Shown: in pieces, positions 55,401 to 64,000 of the stretch
How positions within the stretch are numbered: the first letter of the stretch is position 1
How the letters are laid out: the number at the start of each line of letters is the position of its first letter
DNA from: Lytechinus pictus
Lineage: Eukaryota
NCBI RefSeq assembly: GCF_037042905.1
Contig: NC_087252.1
Coordinates: 15,812,001 to 15,876,000 of the forward strand
Direction: 5' to 3'
DNA length: 64,000 bases
Notes under the pieces: generated by a model
What the model was told of the DNA's origin: nothing
Databases searched by the model: none
What the model saw: the letters and a program-made list of their open reading frames with translations, nothing else
Position numbers and translations under genes: made by a program

Positions 55401-55917
55401 GAACATACAAAGAAATTGACCGGTTAGAATGCTTGCAACAAGATAAAATTAGCATATTTTAATACTAGCTTTGTGTGGAAGGCTGAAATATTATGCTACG
55501 TTTTTTTCAAGAACCAGTATTATACCTGAAATACCTGAAAATACTGGGTTTTTTCTTCAGGCCCCACTATATGAAAAACAACAATATACATTGAAAATAA
55601 CGAAAATCAAAGCAAAAGCTGATCTAAAAAAAACTGTGCGTAAGTAAAAAAAACTGTGCATGAGTAAAAAAAATCTGCCAATCAAAGATTATATACTTTA
55701 AAAAAAAGTTTTTCTATTATCATTTAAAGATTTTCACTATTTACGATTGATTTATCATGTAACTAACAAACACACAATGTTAAGTTTAGTATAGAACACA
55801 GATGAACATAGAACTGGCATTTTGGAAAACGGAAAACTGGGGTCACGCACTCACTTGTTGTATTTTCTGTGTGAATCCAAATTCTCCAACAGCTTTCATT
55901 GCTTCATCAAAATCCAT
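43265..55917 (-). CDS. SLC22A15: Gene B: SLC22-family organic cation/anion transporter, SLC22A15-like (MFS), ~483 aa, 11 coding exons
   Basis: Exons 55855-55917, 55215-55397, 54224-54429, 53043-53172, 51173-51264, 49692-49913, 48215-48349, 46467-46549, 45027-45141, 44460-44532 and 43265-43414 join in frame. Motifs [67 protein letters not shown]. Family assignment is firm; orthology to SLC22A15 is tentative. Confidence 0.9.
44460..44532 (-). CDS. SLC22A15: Gene B exon
   Basis: [25 protein letters not shown]. Confidence 0.93.
45027..45141 (-). CDS. SLC22A15: Gene B exon
   Basis: [38 protein letters not shown]. Confidence 0.93.
46467..46549 (-). CDS. SLC22A15: Gene B exon
   Basis: [28 protein letters not shown]. 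Confidence 0.9.
46575..46920 (+). mobile_element. 3' fragment of an RTE-clade LINE
   Basis: WHGHVLRR...[22 protein letters not shown]...[11 protein letters not shown] resembles the RTE ORF2 C-terminus. Confidence 0.8.
48215..48349 (-). CDS. SLC22A15: Gene B exon
   Basis: [44 protein letters not shown]. Confidence 0.92.
48680..48760 (-). pseudogene. Relic duplicate of the 5' part of gene B exon 48215-48349
   Basis: [27 protein letters not shown]; acceptor CAG mutated to CAA; truncated. Confidence 0.8.
49692..49913 (-). CDS. SLC22A15: Gene B exon (central loop)
   Basis: [19 protein letters not shown]...[19 protein letters not shown]. Confidence 0.93.
50891..51166 (+). mobile_element. tRNA-derived SINE
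   Basis: GTGGTCAAGTGG A box, GGCTCGAATCC B box, shared core and TTA tail. Confidence 0.8.
51173..51264 (-). CDS. SLC22A15: Gene B exon
   Basis: [30 protein letters not shown]. Confidence 0.9.
52052..52350 (+). mobile_element. tRNA-derived SINE
   Basis: GTGGCCTAGTGG A box, GTTCAATTCC B box, shared core. Confidence 0.75.
53043..53172 (-). CDS. SLC22A15: Gene B exon
   Basis: [20 protein letters not shown]...FAFGVM. Confidence 0.9.
54224..54429 (-). CDS. SLC22A15: Gene B exon
   Basis: [25 protein letters not shown]...SDHYGR...FLVFR. Confidence 0.93.
55047..55166. mobile_element. 120-bp internally deleted derivative of the 57585-58423 element, with 9-bp TSD
   Basis: ATGTTTGGC|TAGACCAAAAGCTT...TTATTCCTGTCTA|ATGTTTGGC. 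Confidence 0.88.
55215..55397 (-). CDS. SLC22A15: Gene B exon (TM1 and extracellular loop)
   Basis: [21 protein letters not shown]...FTSIATE. Confidence 0.9.
55855..55917 (-). CDS. SLC22A15: Gene B first coding exon
   Basis: [21 protein letters not shown]|gtgagt; an acceptor 7 nt upstream of the ATG implies an upstream non-coding exon. Confidence 0.88.
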
Positions 55918-55995
55918 CCTTAATCTGTTGAATTAAAACAATAAAGAAATAATGAATGTTACTAAATCCAAGTAGTCATAGTGAGCAATGATAAA

Positions 55996-56405
55996 GGGAG
56001 GCAGCGTAGCTCAGTTGGTTAGAGCGCATGTTTCAGATAAGATCGTAGATCTCAACGTGATGGGTTCGAGTCCCGCTCATGCCGAAACGCGTCTGACAAA
56101 AAAAAAAATCTGATGCTATAGCGTTGTGTGTTAGCGTGCCTCACCACTGTATTCAGTGCAGGTGTGAATGCAGTTGGAAAACACTTCGTCCATCGGAAAA
56201 GGACGCAAATGTTGGTCCCGTGTATAGGAGAGTCACAACCTATGCACGTTAAAACCAATACACTATTCGTCAAAGAGTAGGGTGTTCACCCGGTGTATTG
56301 CACCTGCCAGTCCCGGCAAAATTCAGGTCAAGTCAATCTTGACATTCATATGCCATAATAATCAATATAATGATTGTGGGCATTAACGGAAAGACAAGAC
56401 AAGAT
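55996..56405 (+). mobile_element. tRNA-headed SINE with a Deu/Nin-like central domain
   Basis: GTAGCTCAGTTGGTTAGAGCG and GGGTTCGAGTCCC boxes; core TCGGAAAAGGACG...GGTCCCGTG...GCACGTTAAAACC...CACTATTCG...GAGTAGGGTGTTCACCCGGTG. Confidence 0.7.
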
Positions 56406-56506
56406 AAAGTCATACTGGTAATCAACTCATTTCTACTGGTACTAGAGAATATGCTGGTATGAAAGTCTCATTTATTACCAATAATACCACATCAAACTCA
56501 TGGTAA

Positions 56507-56625
56507 GCTGTCGTGTGGTCCAGTGGCTAGAGCATTGGACTCATATTCATAATCGCAAGGTTGTGAGTTCGAATCCCAACTCTGCCATTGTCTCCACTTT
56601 GATAAAAAGGCCCGAGAGTGATATC
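56507..56625 (+). mobile_element. tRNA-derived SINE head
   Basis: GTGGTCCAGTGGCTAGAGC...GAGTTCGAATCC followed by non-tRNA sequence. Confidence 0.6.
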
Positions 56626-57584
56626 TGACTTCTACTCAAATTATATTTTGATGGGGGTGTGCCTCACGGAACCCTGAAATGGAGGTCTAAGGAACTGACC
56701 ACAAGGGTAAAACACAGGGACGTAGGAACTAGATATATCCCGGGCAGTGTGAAAAACAGGGTATACGGAACGAGTTCGCGGTACATTTAGGTACGGTGCA
56801 TGCTAGCACTGTGCATGTATATGTGGTCGCTCGCGGTACATGGAGCTGCTAACGGAGGGAGTTGTGAAGCTGTGCGTACTGCTCTCGCATGCTGTGCTGC
56901 ACTAGACAATTTTGGCAGGGCTAGGGAACTGAGATGTTTTGTAAAGGGGGTCTTGCAATTGGGCTGCTTCTGAATGGAAATTTTGTCATTTGGAGTATCT
57001 AGAGAACTGAAAATTAGGTCTGAAAAAGGGGGTCATCAAAGCGGCAGGTCACTGTACCACCAATATGTGAGTGCCCCCTCCCCCCTGGTATGTTACCCCT
57101 TGATTGTTTTGTTGTGATAGTAAAAGATCTAGATGCTGATGCTTGCGCACAGTTTGAACAAACATAATCGCCCCAATGGATTTTTTTTTCAAAGGAATTT
57201 TTTTTTAAAACCAAACTTCTTGTAGATACATATGGATATCAATTCCTTCATTTATAGTGGTTCCTGATGTGGAATATAAAGCATATATAATCACCTCTTC
57301 ATTTGAGGTGACAAGGCAAACTATCACTTCCTAGCCCTAGGCAAGCTGGATCCTGGATGTCCTCGCTATCTTTCCTCAGTGATAGCTACATCCATCTTGC
57401 CTCGAAATGCCCATCGCCTTCACCAACGGGGATTATTTGCTAATTGCTACTATCTATCAAATCAACATCACTAGTAGTACAATAAGGGAAGCAAATTTCA
57501 ACGAAAATATCAACTGAACAATAGGACCAGTAATCAGTATTATCCCTTGTTGATATTTACATTAATTTATAGTAGGGCCTAGGC

Positions 57585-58423
57585 TAGACCAAAAGCTTCA
57601 GTCTCTGTATTTTGGTTGTTCCGCTGAACTACGTTGGCTCCACTCACCATACATAGACTGAAGGGGATGGGGCCCCGTACCTACAGCCAACGTATAGTGA
57701 ACTAGCGTTTTATAGATCGAGATTTTAAACTGTTTTTTAAGCAAAATTGAAAGTTTCATGGTTTCCATTATCAGGGAAATATAAATAACTTAAGTAATTG
57801 CATACCTTGGGCCGGAGTTATTGAAAAAAATCCTCTGGATGATTGAGAAATCTGTCATCTAAGACATTTTCACCTGACCTGACGGTTTTTCTTGCAAGTT
57901 GCCATCTTGAATGACGTCATTATCGTTATTAACTTAATGTCTCGAATCGATATATCGCGATTATAACTAGTACTAGTACTAGTATAACTAGTATCGTTTA
58001 TCTTCGGTTTCGTTCTCATATGGAGCAGATCGTATAATATCGAAAGCAATATCGATATCACATTCGTGATTGTTGACGTTCGTTTGTAATATTTTATAGT
58101 TTGGCTGCCATTTTGACCATTTTTATCGTGTTCAACCCAATTAAACATCGGTAAAGTATATTTTTCATGCCTTTTTCATCTATATCGTTTAAAGTATTTT
58201 GATAATTAAATATCAAGTTTTAAAAGTTTGTTGGTTATACATCCTTAGATTGTAAATTCGATGTGTAAAATTACATCAAACTTTGGACTGTGAATTGACA
58301 AAAGGGAGGGAATGAGAACACATGCGAGCCCACACGTACACCCTACCATCGGTAAATGGGGATTACAGTAAAATGTCAGAAATTGTTGAATAAATCCCCA
58401 GAAACGACGGTTATTCCTGTCTA
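57585..58423. mobile_element. Non-autonomous DNA element 1 of the stacked array (TAGAC...GTCTA, 9-bp TSD; AcademH-like)
   Basis: GGCCTAGGC on both sides (57576-57584 and 58424-58432). Confidence 0.85.
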
Positions 58424-58432
58424 GGCCTAGGC

Positions 58433-60756
58433 TAGACAGCTGGCAGCCGTCTGTTTCGAGGAGTTTTTTAACATTTTTTATTTTTTTAAATTTCTCCTCA
58501 TACACAGACGGCTCGCTATCGTGCAGCCACCATTAGGGGACTTACAATGCAAAATCCCCCCGTCGGGGCTCTTCAATTTTTGTCTTTAATGCAAGGCTCG
58601 ACATTAGCGGTGGCCCGGTGGCCCAGGGCCACCAGAAATTCACCTCGGGCAACCATTATTGATAAAATGTTCAGTTTTGGTGGCCCGAATCGGGCAACCA
58701 ATAATTTTCAAAGTAGCGCAATTTTTCTCCCGATTTTGCACGCATTTATCAACTTTCTACAGTTCAAATTGCAACCCAGTTCGTCATGCGCCCTTTTTGA
58801 TGATCTACACACAAAGTTTTCATATTTGGCCTACAGCTATAGCATACAGTAGCTATTATCCAGCCAGCCGCGCCGGCCGGCTGGCGTGAGCTTTGCATGA
58901 AGCCACTGCACACAGCTGTGCTCTAGATGGAGCTGCGATAAAAAAATGTTGCTGCTAAGAAATCTTCCACAGAACTTTGAAAATCTGAGTCAAAGTCACA
59001 TTTTACACCTATGAAACGACATTCTACAGTCTATATTACGAAAATTTGGTGTACCCTGATTATTTGCAAGCATTAAGAAGAGGAATTATGACCTCTCTTT
59101 TGACTACAAAAGACCGATTTCCAAATGAATTGATACACATAAAAACACATAGGCAAGTACATCACAGTCCCACGTGTGCATTTGTATGTATGTTGATACT
59201 TGGTTTCTTTCGAAGCTGTGTCTTTTCTAGCCAAAAATAAACACAGTTTCTTTCTTTCTTGTTTATAAATGACTTCTTAAACCACTCTTGAGAAAGTAAA
59301 TACTTTGGGAAGGCATTTCATTGATATGAAATGTGAATTTTTTCAACATTTTGGCAAAAACAGGGAAGGACTTTTCTCACACTTTTTTTCCAGATATAAC
59401 TTTTGCCGTTTTCTTCTGATTTTTTTTTCTATCATTTTTTTTACAGTGGTTAAACCATTTATACCCCTTCCCATTGAATATGCCTGATTAAAAAATATGT
59501 TTCTACTGAAAATAAAATAATACAAACTAAAGGATATAAAAATATAAATGTGCCATTCCCAGAAGGTAAGTGAAAATTATTTGCTTGGCTTTTAATTATA
59601 TTCCAGTCAGAATAGACTGTTGCCACAGCTGTTAAAAAATATTTGTAATGGCTTCTTAATTTTCCCCTTTTTTTCCCCATGTTTATATTAATTTTGTTTT
59701 ATTCATTTTTCTTTCACTTTTTTTTTTTCTCTCTCTCTAAATTTTTTCTTTTCTTTTTTTCCCCTGTTCTTTGTTTTTTCTTTCTTAATTTTTTTTTATT
59801 TTTTTATTTCACTTATTTCTTTTATTATTTTTGTTTCCTTTTTGTAATATACTTTTTGAAAATTATTTTCGTTTATTTCCCCCTTTTATGCATTGTTCTA
59901 ATTTTGCAGCATATTTTTTTGTGATTTTCTTCTGCTATAATATGCTGCAAAAGAGAAAACAGAAATAAACTGGATTTGGGGCCTGCATAATCTAGGTTTT
60001 AGGATTCAAAGAGGAATAAATGAAAAACCATTTTTATGTACATCTATCTGAGTTTGCTATGCTCTATTTGTTTACTTTACCAATATGAGTGTGTGTCTAT
60101 ACGGAGATAAAAAAAAAGTCCACACAACCTGGGAACAATAAAATTCATTTATTCTCTTTCAATCATTTCATTTTTACAACGATAGAAACAATTAATATTT
60201 TACCACAAGCCAATTAGCAAAGTAAAATAACAGCAAACAAGGTTTACATACAAGATGATAAAGTGAAAGTAACTTAGTGGTACTCACTGGTAGTGGCTGC
60301 TGAATTAATTTTTCAGAAGTTTGTTTTATTAATTCTTAATGTGTTTCTTTATATTTTTCGGGCCACCAAACTTTGATATCGGGCCACCAAAAAAAATTAT
60401 TTGATGGTTTTGGTGGCCCGAATGGGCCACCACCAAAAAAAGTTAATGTGGAGCCTTGTTTAATGAATCAAACTTTTGAAAATTAACGCGAACGAAATGC
60501 AAATTAATATTCCCTCTTGGCATTAATTGCCAAAAAACGGGGAAAATCAAGTTAAAAGGAACAAAAACAGTGACTTACCTCAGCTGTCGCGCAACTTGAC
60601 TGCCCTGTTTTGTCCCAACTTAATACACATAAACATATGGCCATTGAGTCCCCTGTACAGATCGCGCTAGAACTTCGGTCTCTGTATTTGGTGAGTGAAG
60701 CCAATGGAGTTCAGCTGAACAACCAACATGTAACAGAGACCGAAGCTTTTGGTCTA
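58433..60756. mobile_element. Non-autonomous DNA element 2 of the array, related to element 1 and opposite in orientation
   Basis: TAGACAGC...CTTTTGGTCTA between GGCCTAGGC copies; its right end is the reverse complement of the element 1 left end. Confidence 0.85.
58592..60458. mobile_element. hAT-like non-autonomous element nested in element 2
   Basis: TTTAATG|CAAGGCTCGACATTA...TAATGTGGAGCCTTG|TTTAATG; subterminal GGTGGCCC/GGGCCACC repeats. Confidence 0.75.
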
Positions 60757-60765
60757 GGCCTAGGC

Positions 60766-61380
60766 TAACCCAGAGAGCTCCAGCCCGCGTAGCGGGCTGG
60801 AGCCCAGACGCGCAGTGTACAAACGGGCATTCAGGTGAGAGTACCGTGAAGTTTGGTCAATATCATTTACATAATACATAATTTAAACAGAAATTAAGCA
60901 CTTACCACGATTGTATGGATGATAGTCTAACGAGTGGCAGTTTCCTGACATCGAGGCACAGACTGGAACCTCAAAAAACGATCAGTTCTGTCGCGGTGGC
61001 TCTCCTTCTTTCAAAATTCATAGCAAAATGGCCGTTCGAGAGGGTGTAGGGCGCATGCGCGAATTTGACAAAGTCTATATGCGCTAGTGCTATACTAGCC
61101 TCGGTCTCGATCGGCCATTTTGTTTTGAATTTTGAAAGAGGGAGAGACACCGCGACAGAACTGATCGTTTTTTGAGGTTCCAGTCTGTGCCTCGATGTCA
61201 GGAAACTGCCACTCGTTAGACTATCATCCATACAATCGTGGTAAGTGCTTAATTTCTGTTTAAATTATGTATTATGTAAATGATATTGACCAAACTTCAC
61301 GGTACTCTCACCTGAATGCCCGTTTGTACACTGCGCGTCTGGGCTCCAGCCCGCTACGCGGGCTGGAGCTCTCTGGGTTA
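60766..61380. mobile_element. Element 3 of the array: 615-bp foldback element with ~275-bp arms
   Basis: TAACCCAGAGAGCTCC...GGAGCTCTCTGGGTTA flanked by GGCCTAGGC; the outer ~230 bp of the arms appear identical. Confidence 0.9.
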
Positions 61381-61393
61381 GGCCTAGGCCTAC

Positions 61394-61700
61394 TTCGAGT
61401 GATCCAAAGAACAACCTGGCTGATTCTGATCCATTTGTCATCAAAATTCAACGGATATTAACTTGACAATACAATACATGCATTCTTTTCATAATAAAAT
61501 GATATGTGTTGAACAAAGTTTATTTTTCTGATTTGTTGACTTTCCAATTGCGCCGAGATAGTGGTTTTGACCCGGCTATGCTAGCTGGCAGATTGATGAG
61601 CCAGCAGCCAACACCATCGAGCGGCGAGCGAAGCGGGACATTGGCTTCGAAAGCCCGCTGCCGCTGGCGCGGCGCTGACTGAATCGCGCTCGGAGCTTCA
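61394..61700 (-). promoter_or_regulatory. Candidate promoter and non-coding first exon of gene B
   Basis: Local GC/CpG-rich patch at 61550-61700, then minus-strand sequence ending in a donor-like GAA|GTAGGC at 61394/61393. Confidence 0.45.
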
Positions 61701-62544
61701 AATTTCCAAGGACAAACAACACCCAAACATTTAAATCTACTTACTTTGGTATTGCCGGTCTCATTAGATGCTAAACTGGGCCCCTAAACTGTTGATTTAC
61801 AAGAATGGTACTGGTAGTCCTTCCGGCTCAACTTTCCTCATTTATTACGGAAAAATCACGAATTCTTTTACAACAATTTTCACTTATTTTATTCTTCGTC
61901 GGAATAAACAATAATAGTGTTATAGTCTTATTTTCAAACGCAACTAACGCTCAAGCTCAAATAATTACATTTATTCGTATTAAAAGTACAGTGCATAAAT
62001 TTCGATTATCATACAAAAATCGTTGCGTAAATCAAATTTTTTTAGTGATTCACAATTTTTCCAACCAAACAAAAGAAAGATGCTTCTTGTATTACTGAAT
62101 TTTTATTTAAAATAGTAGAGAGAGGGCATGCATGTCGTAGACTATTGTGCCACGTGAATTATTAATAAATTATTAGGCTTTACTTGTCAAATTTCTTTTG
62201 TAGACAATTAGCTTAATTCTTCTCCGCATTTCATTTGACTGGGGATTCTCCGACTAATTTTGCATCACCATTTGTTAATACATCACAAACATCATCATCA
62301 TCATCATCATTATCATCCCCGGGTTATCATCATGCATCATCATCATCGATCAATCGTTAATTCGGCCGGGTCGTTAAATATCCTTTAAAAAGTTGATTTG
62401 AAATCAAACAAGCCTAACTTTTTGAAAGAGTTATCAAAATTATATGTAAAATAAGACATTTTAAAGTTGTGCTTAATTAATTTCACAAATATGCAGATTA
62501 TTGGTGGATCCAGGGGGGGGGGGGGCACCCGGCCAGGACCAAAA

Positions 62545-62925
62545 TCCAGTTGAAACCAATTAGAGCAAAACCAATTGAAACCAGTTGGCCAACTGGTTTC
62601 AATAGGGAAATTGGCACAACTGGAACCAATTGAAACCAGTTGGCAACTGGTTCCAGTTAAAACCAATTGGGCAACTGGAACCAGTTGGCAATTGGTTTTA
62701 ATTGGTTCCAGTTGAAACCAATTAAGCAACCAGTTGGCAACTGGTTTCAATTGGTTCCAGTTGTTCCAATTTCCCTATTAAAATCAGTTGAATCCAATTG
62801 GAGGCAACTGGTTTCAATTGGTTCCAGTTGAAACCAATTGGAGGCAACTGGTTTCAACTGCATGGAACCAGTTGAAACTAATTGGTTTCCAACTGGATCC
62901 AATTGGAAATTCCAGTTGGAATGAC
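62545..62925. repeat. Degenerate palindromic repeat built from AACCAATTG/CCAGTTGG words
   Basis: Direct reading. Confidence 0.8.
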
Positions 62926-63339
62926 TTAATTAGTTACAAATTAATTAGAATTTGCACTAACTGTATTGCTCATGCCAGAAGCAGTGCTATATGTCTATTA
63001 ATACCAATGTAAAGGGCATTGATAAAATAGACATTCTTAATGTATATTTATTTATATGAAAGATCTTCAAATATATGTATTTGTATTTGATGTAATTTGG
63101 TAACAGTTAGTGGTGTACTAATTATCTTATAACCTGTTTTAATTATAATCTATAACATTTATGAACATGGTTTTCACTGCTAAGTATTCTAAACACTTAT
63201 CTGAAACAAGTAAGGTACTTGAATTAGAAAAGAATTAAATAGATACATTTTAAATGATGATGAATCACATAAGTGTGCACACTGGCAGATAATATGCAAA
63301 TTAACTGCATGGTTTCAATTGGAACCATGCAGTTGGGTA

Positions 63340-64000
63340 ACTGGAAAATTTCCAATTGGAAACCAATTGGAAGTCATTTCCAGTTACCCAACTGGATCCA
63401 GTTAGGATTTCCAGTTACCCAACAGGATCCAATTAGAATTAATTTCCAGTTAATCAACTTTCCAGTTAGAAGTCATCTCCATTTACCCAATTGGTTCCAG
63501 TTAGGATTTCCAGTTACCCAACTGGTTCCAGTTAGAAATCATTTCCAGTTAGAAGTTATTTCCAGTTACCAAACTGGTTCCAGTTAGGATTTCCAGTTAC
63601 CCAACTGGTTCCAGTTAGGATTTCCAGTTACCCAACAGGTTCCAATTAGAATTAATTTCCAGTTAATCACCTTTCCAGTTAGAAGTCATCTCCAGTTACC
63701 CAATTGGTTCCAGTTAGGATTTCCAGTTACCCAACTGGTTCCAGTTAGAAATAATTTCCAGTTACCCAACTGGTTCCAGTTAGGATTTCCAGTTACCCAA
63801 CTGGTTCCAGTTAGAAATAATTTCCAGTTACCCAACTGGTTCCAGTTAGGATTTCCAGTTACCCAACTGGTTCCAGTTAGAAATCATTTCCAGTTACCCA
63901 ACTGGTTCCAGTTAGGATTTCCAGTTACCCAACTGGTTCCAGTTAGAAATCATTTCCAGTTGAAAGTCATTTCCAGTTGCCCAACTGGTTCCAGTTAGGA
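63340..64000. repeat. Tandem repeat with 31/35-bp units, running off the window end
   Basis: TTCCAGTTACCCAACTGGTTCCAGTTAGGAT alternates with ...TTAGAAATAAT or ...TTAGAAATCAT variants. Confidence 0.9.

Noticed and set aside
55996..56085. tRNA gene
   Set aside because: A and B boxes are present but the anticodon arm is disrupted and the sequence continues into a SINE body. The same applies at 56507, 50891, 52052 and ~12500.
59679..59924. Hydrophobic Phe-rich ORF
   Set aside because: Poly-T low-complexity DNA inside a non-autonomous transposon.

Overview
AT-rich, repeat-dense animal genomic DNA. It is probably from an echinoderm (sea urchin), inferred from the SINE/MITE repertoire and TAGGCCTA-rich introns; this was not verified. 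Two multi-exon genes were assembled by hand on the minus strand from GT-AG boundaries with consistent phases. Gene A (10432-34977, 13 coding exons, ~681 aa) is an uncharacterised type-I membrane protein: signal peptide, EGF-like domains, mucin-like Ser/Thr segments, one TM helix and a long Pro/Tyr-motif cytoplasmic tail. Gene B (43265-55917, 11 coding exons, ~483 aa) is an SLC22-family organic ion transporter (SLC22A15-like). Most of the remainder is transposon-derived. The most striking structure is at 57576-61389, where three different TA...TA-ended DNA elements are stacked end to end, each separated by the same 9-bp word GGCCTAGGC; this is the pattern expected from repeated insertion into one target site (AcademH-like), next to the probable first splice donor of gene B. 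A 6.5-kb Academ-like element with ~1.3-kb TIRs and a 3-bp TSD carries a decayed Gypsy pol and has a second, inverted copy at the window start. Gene B also holds relics of duplicated exons.
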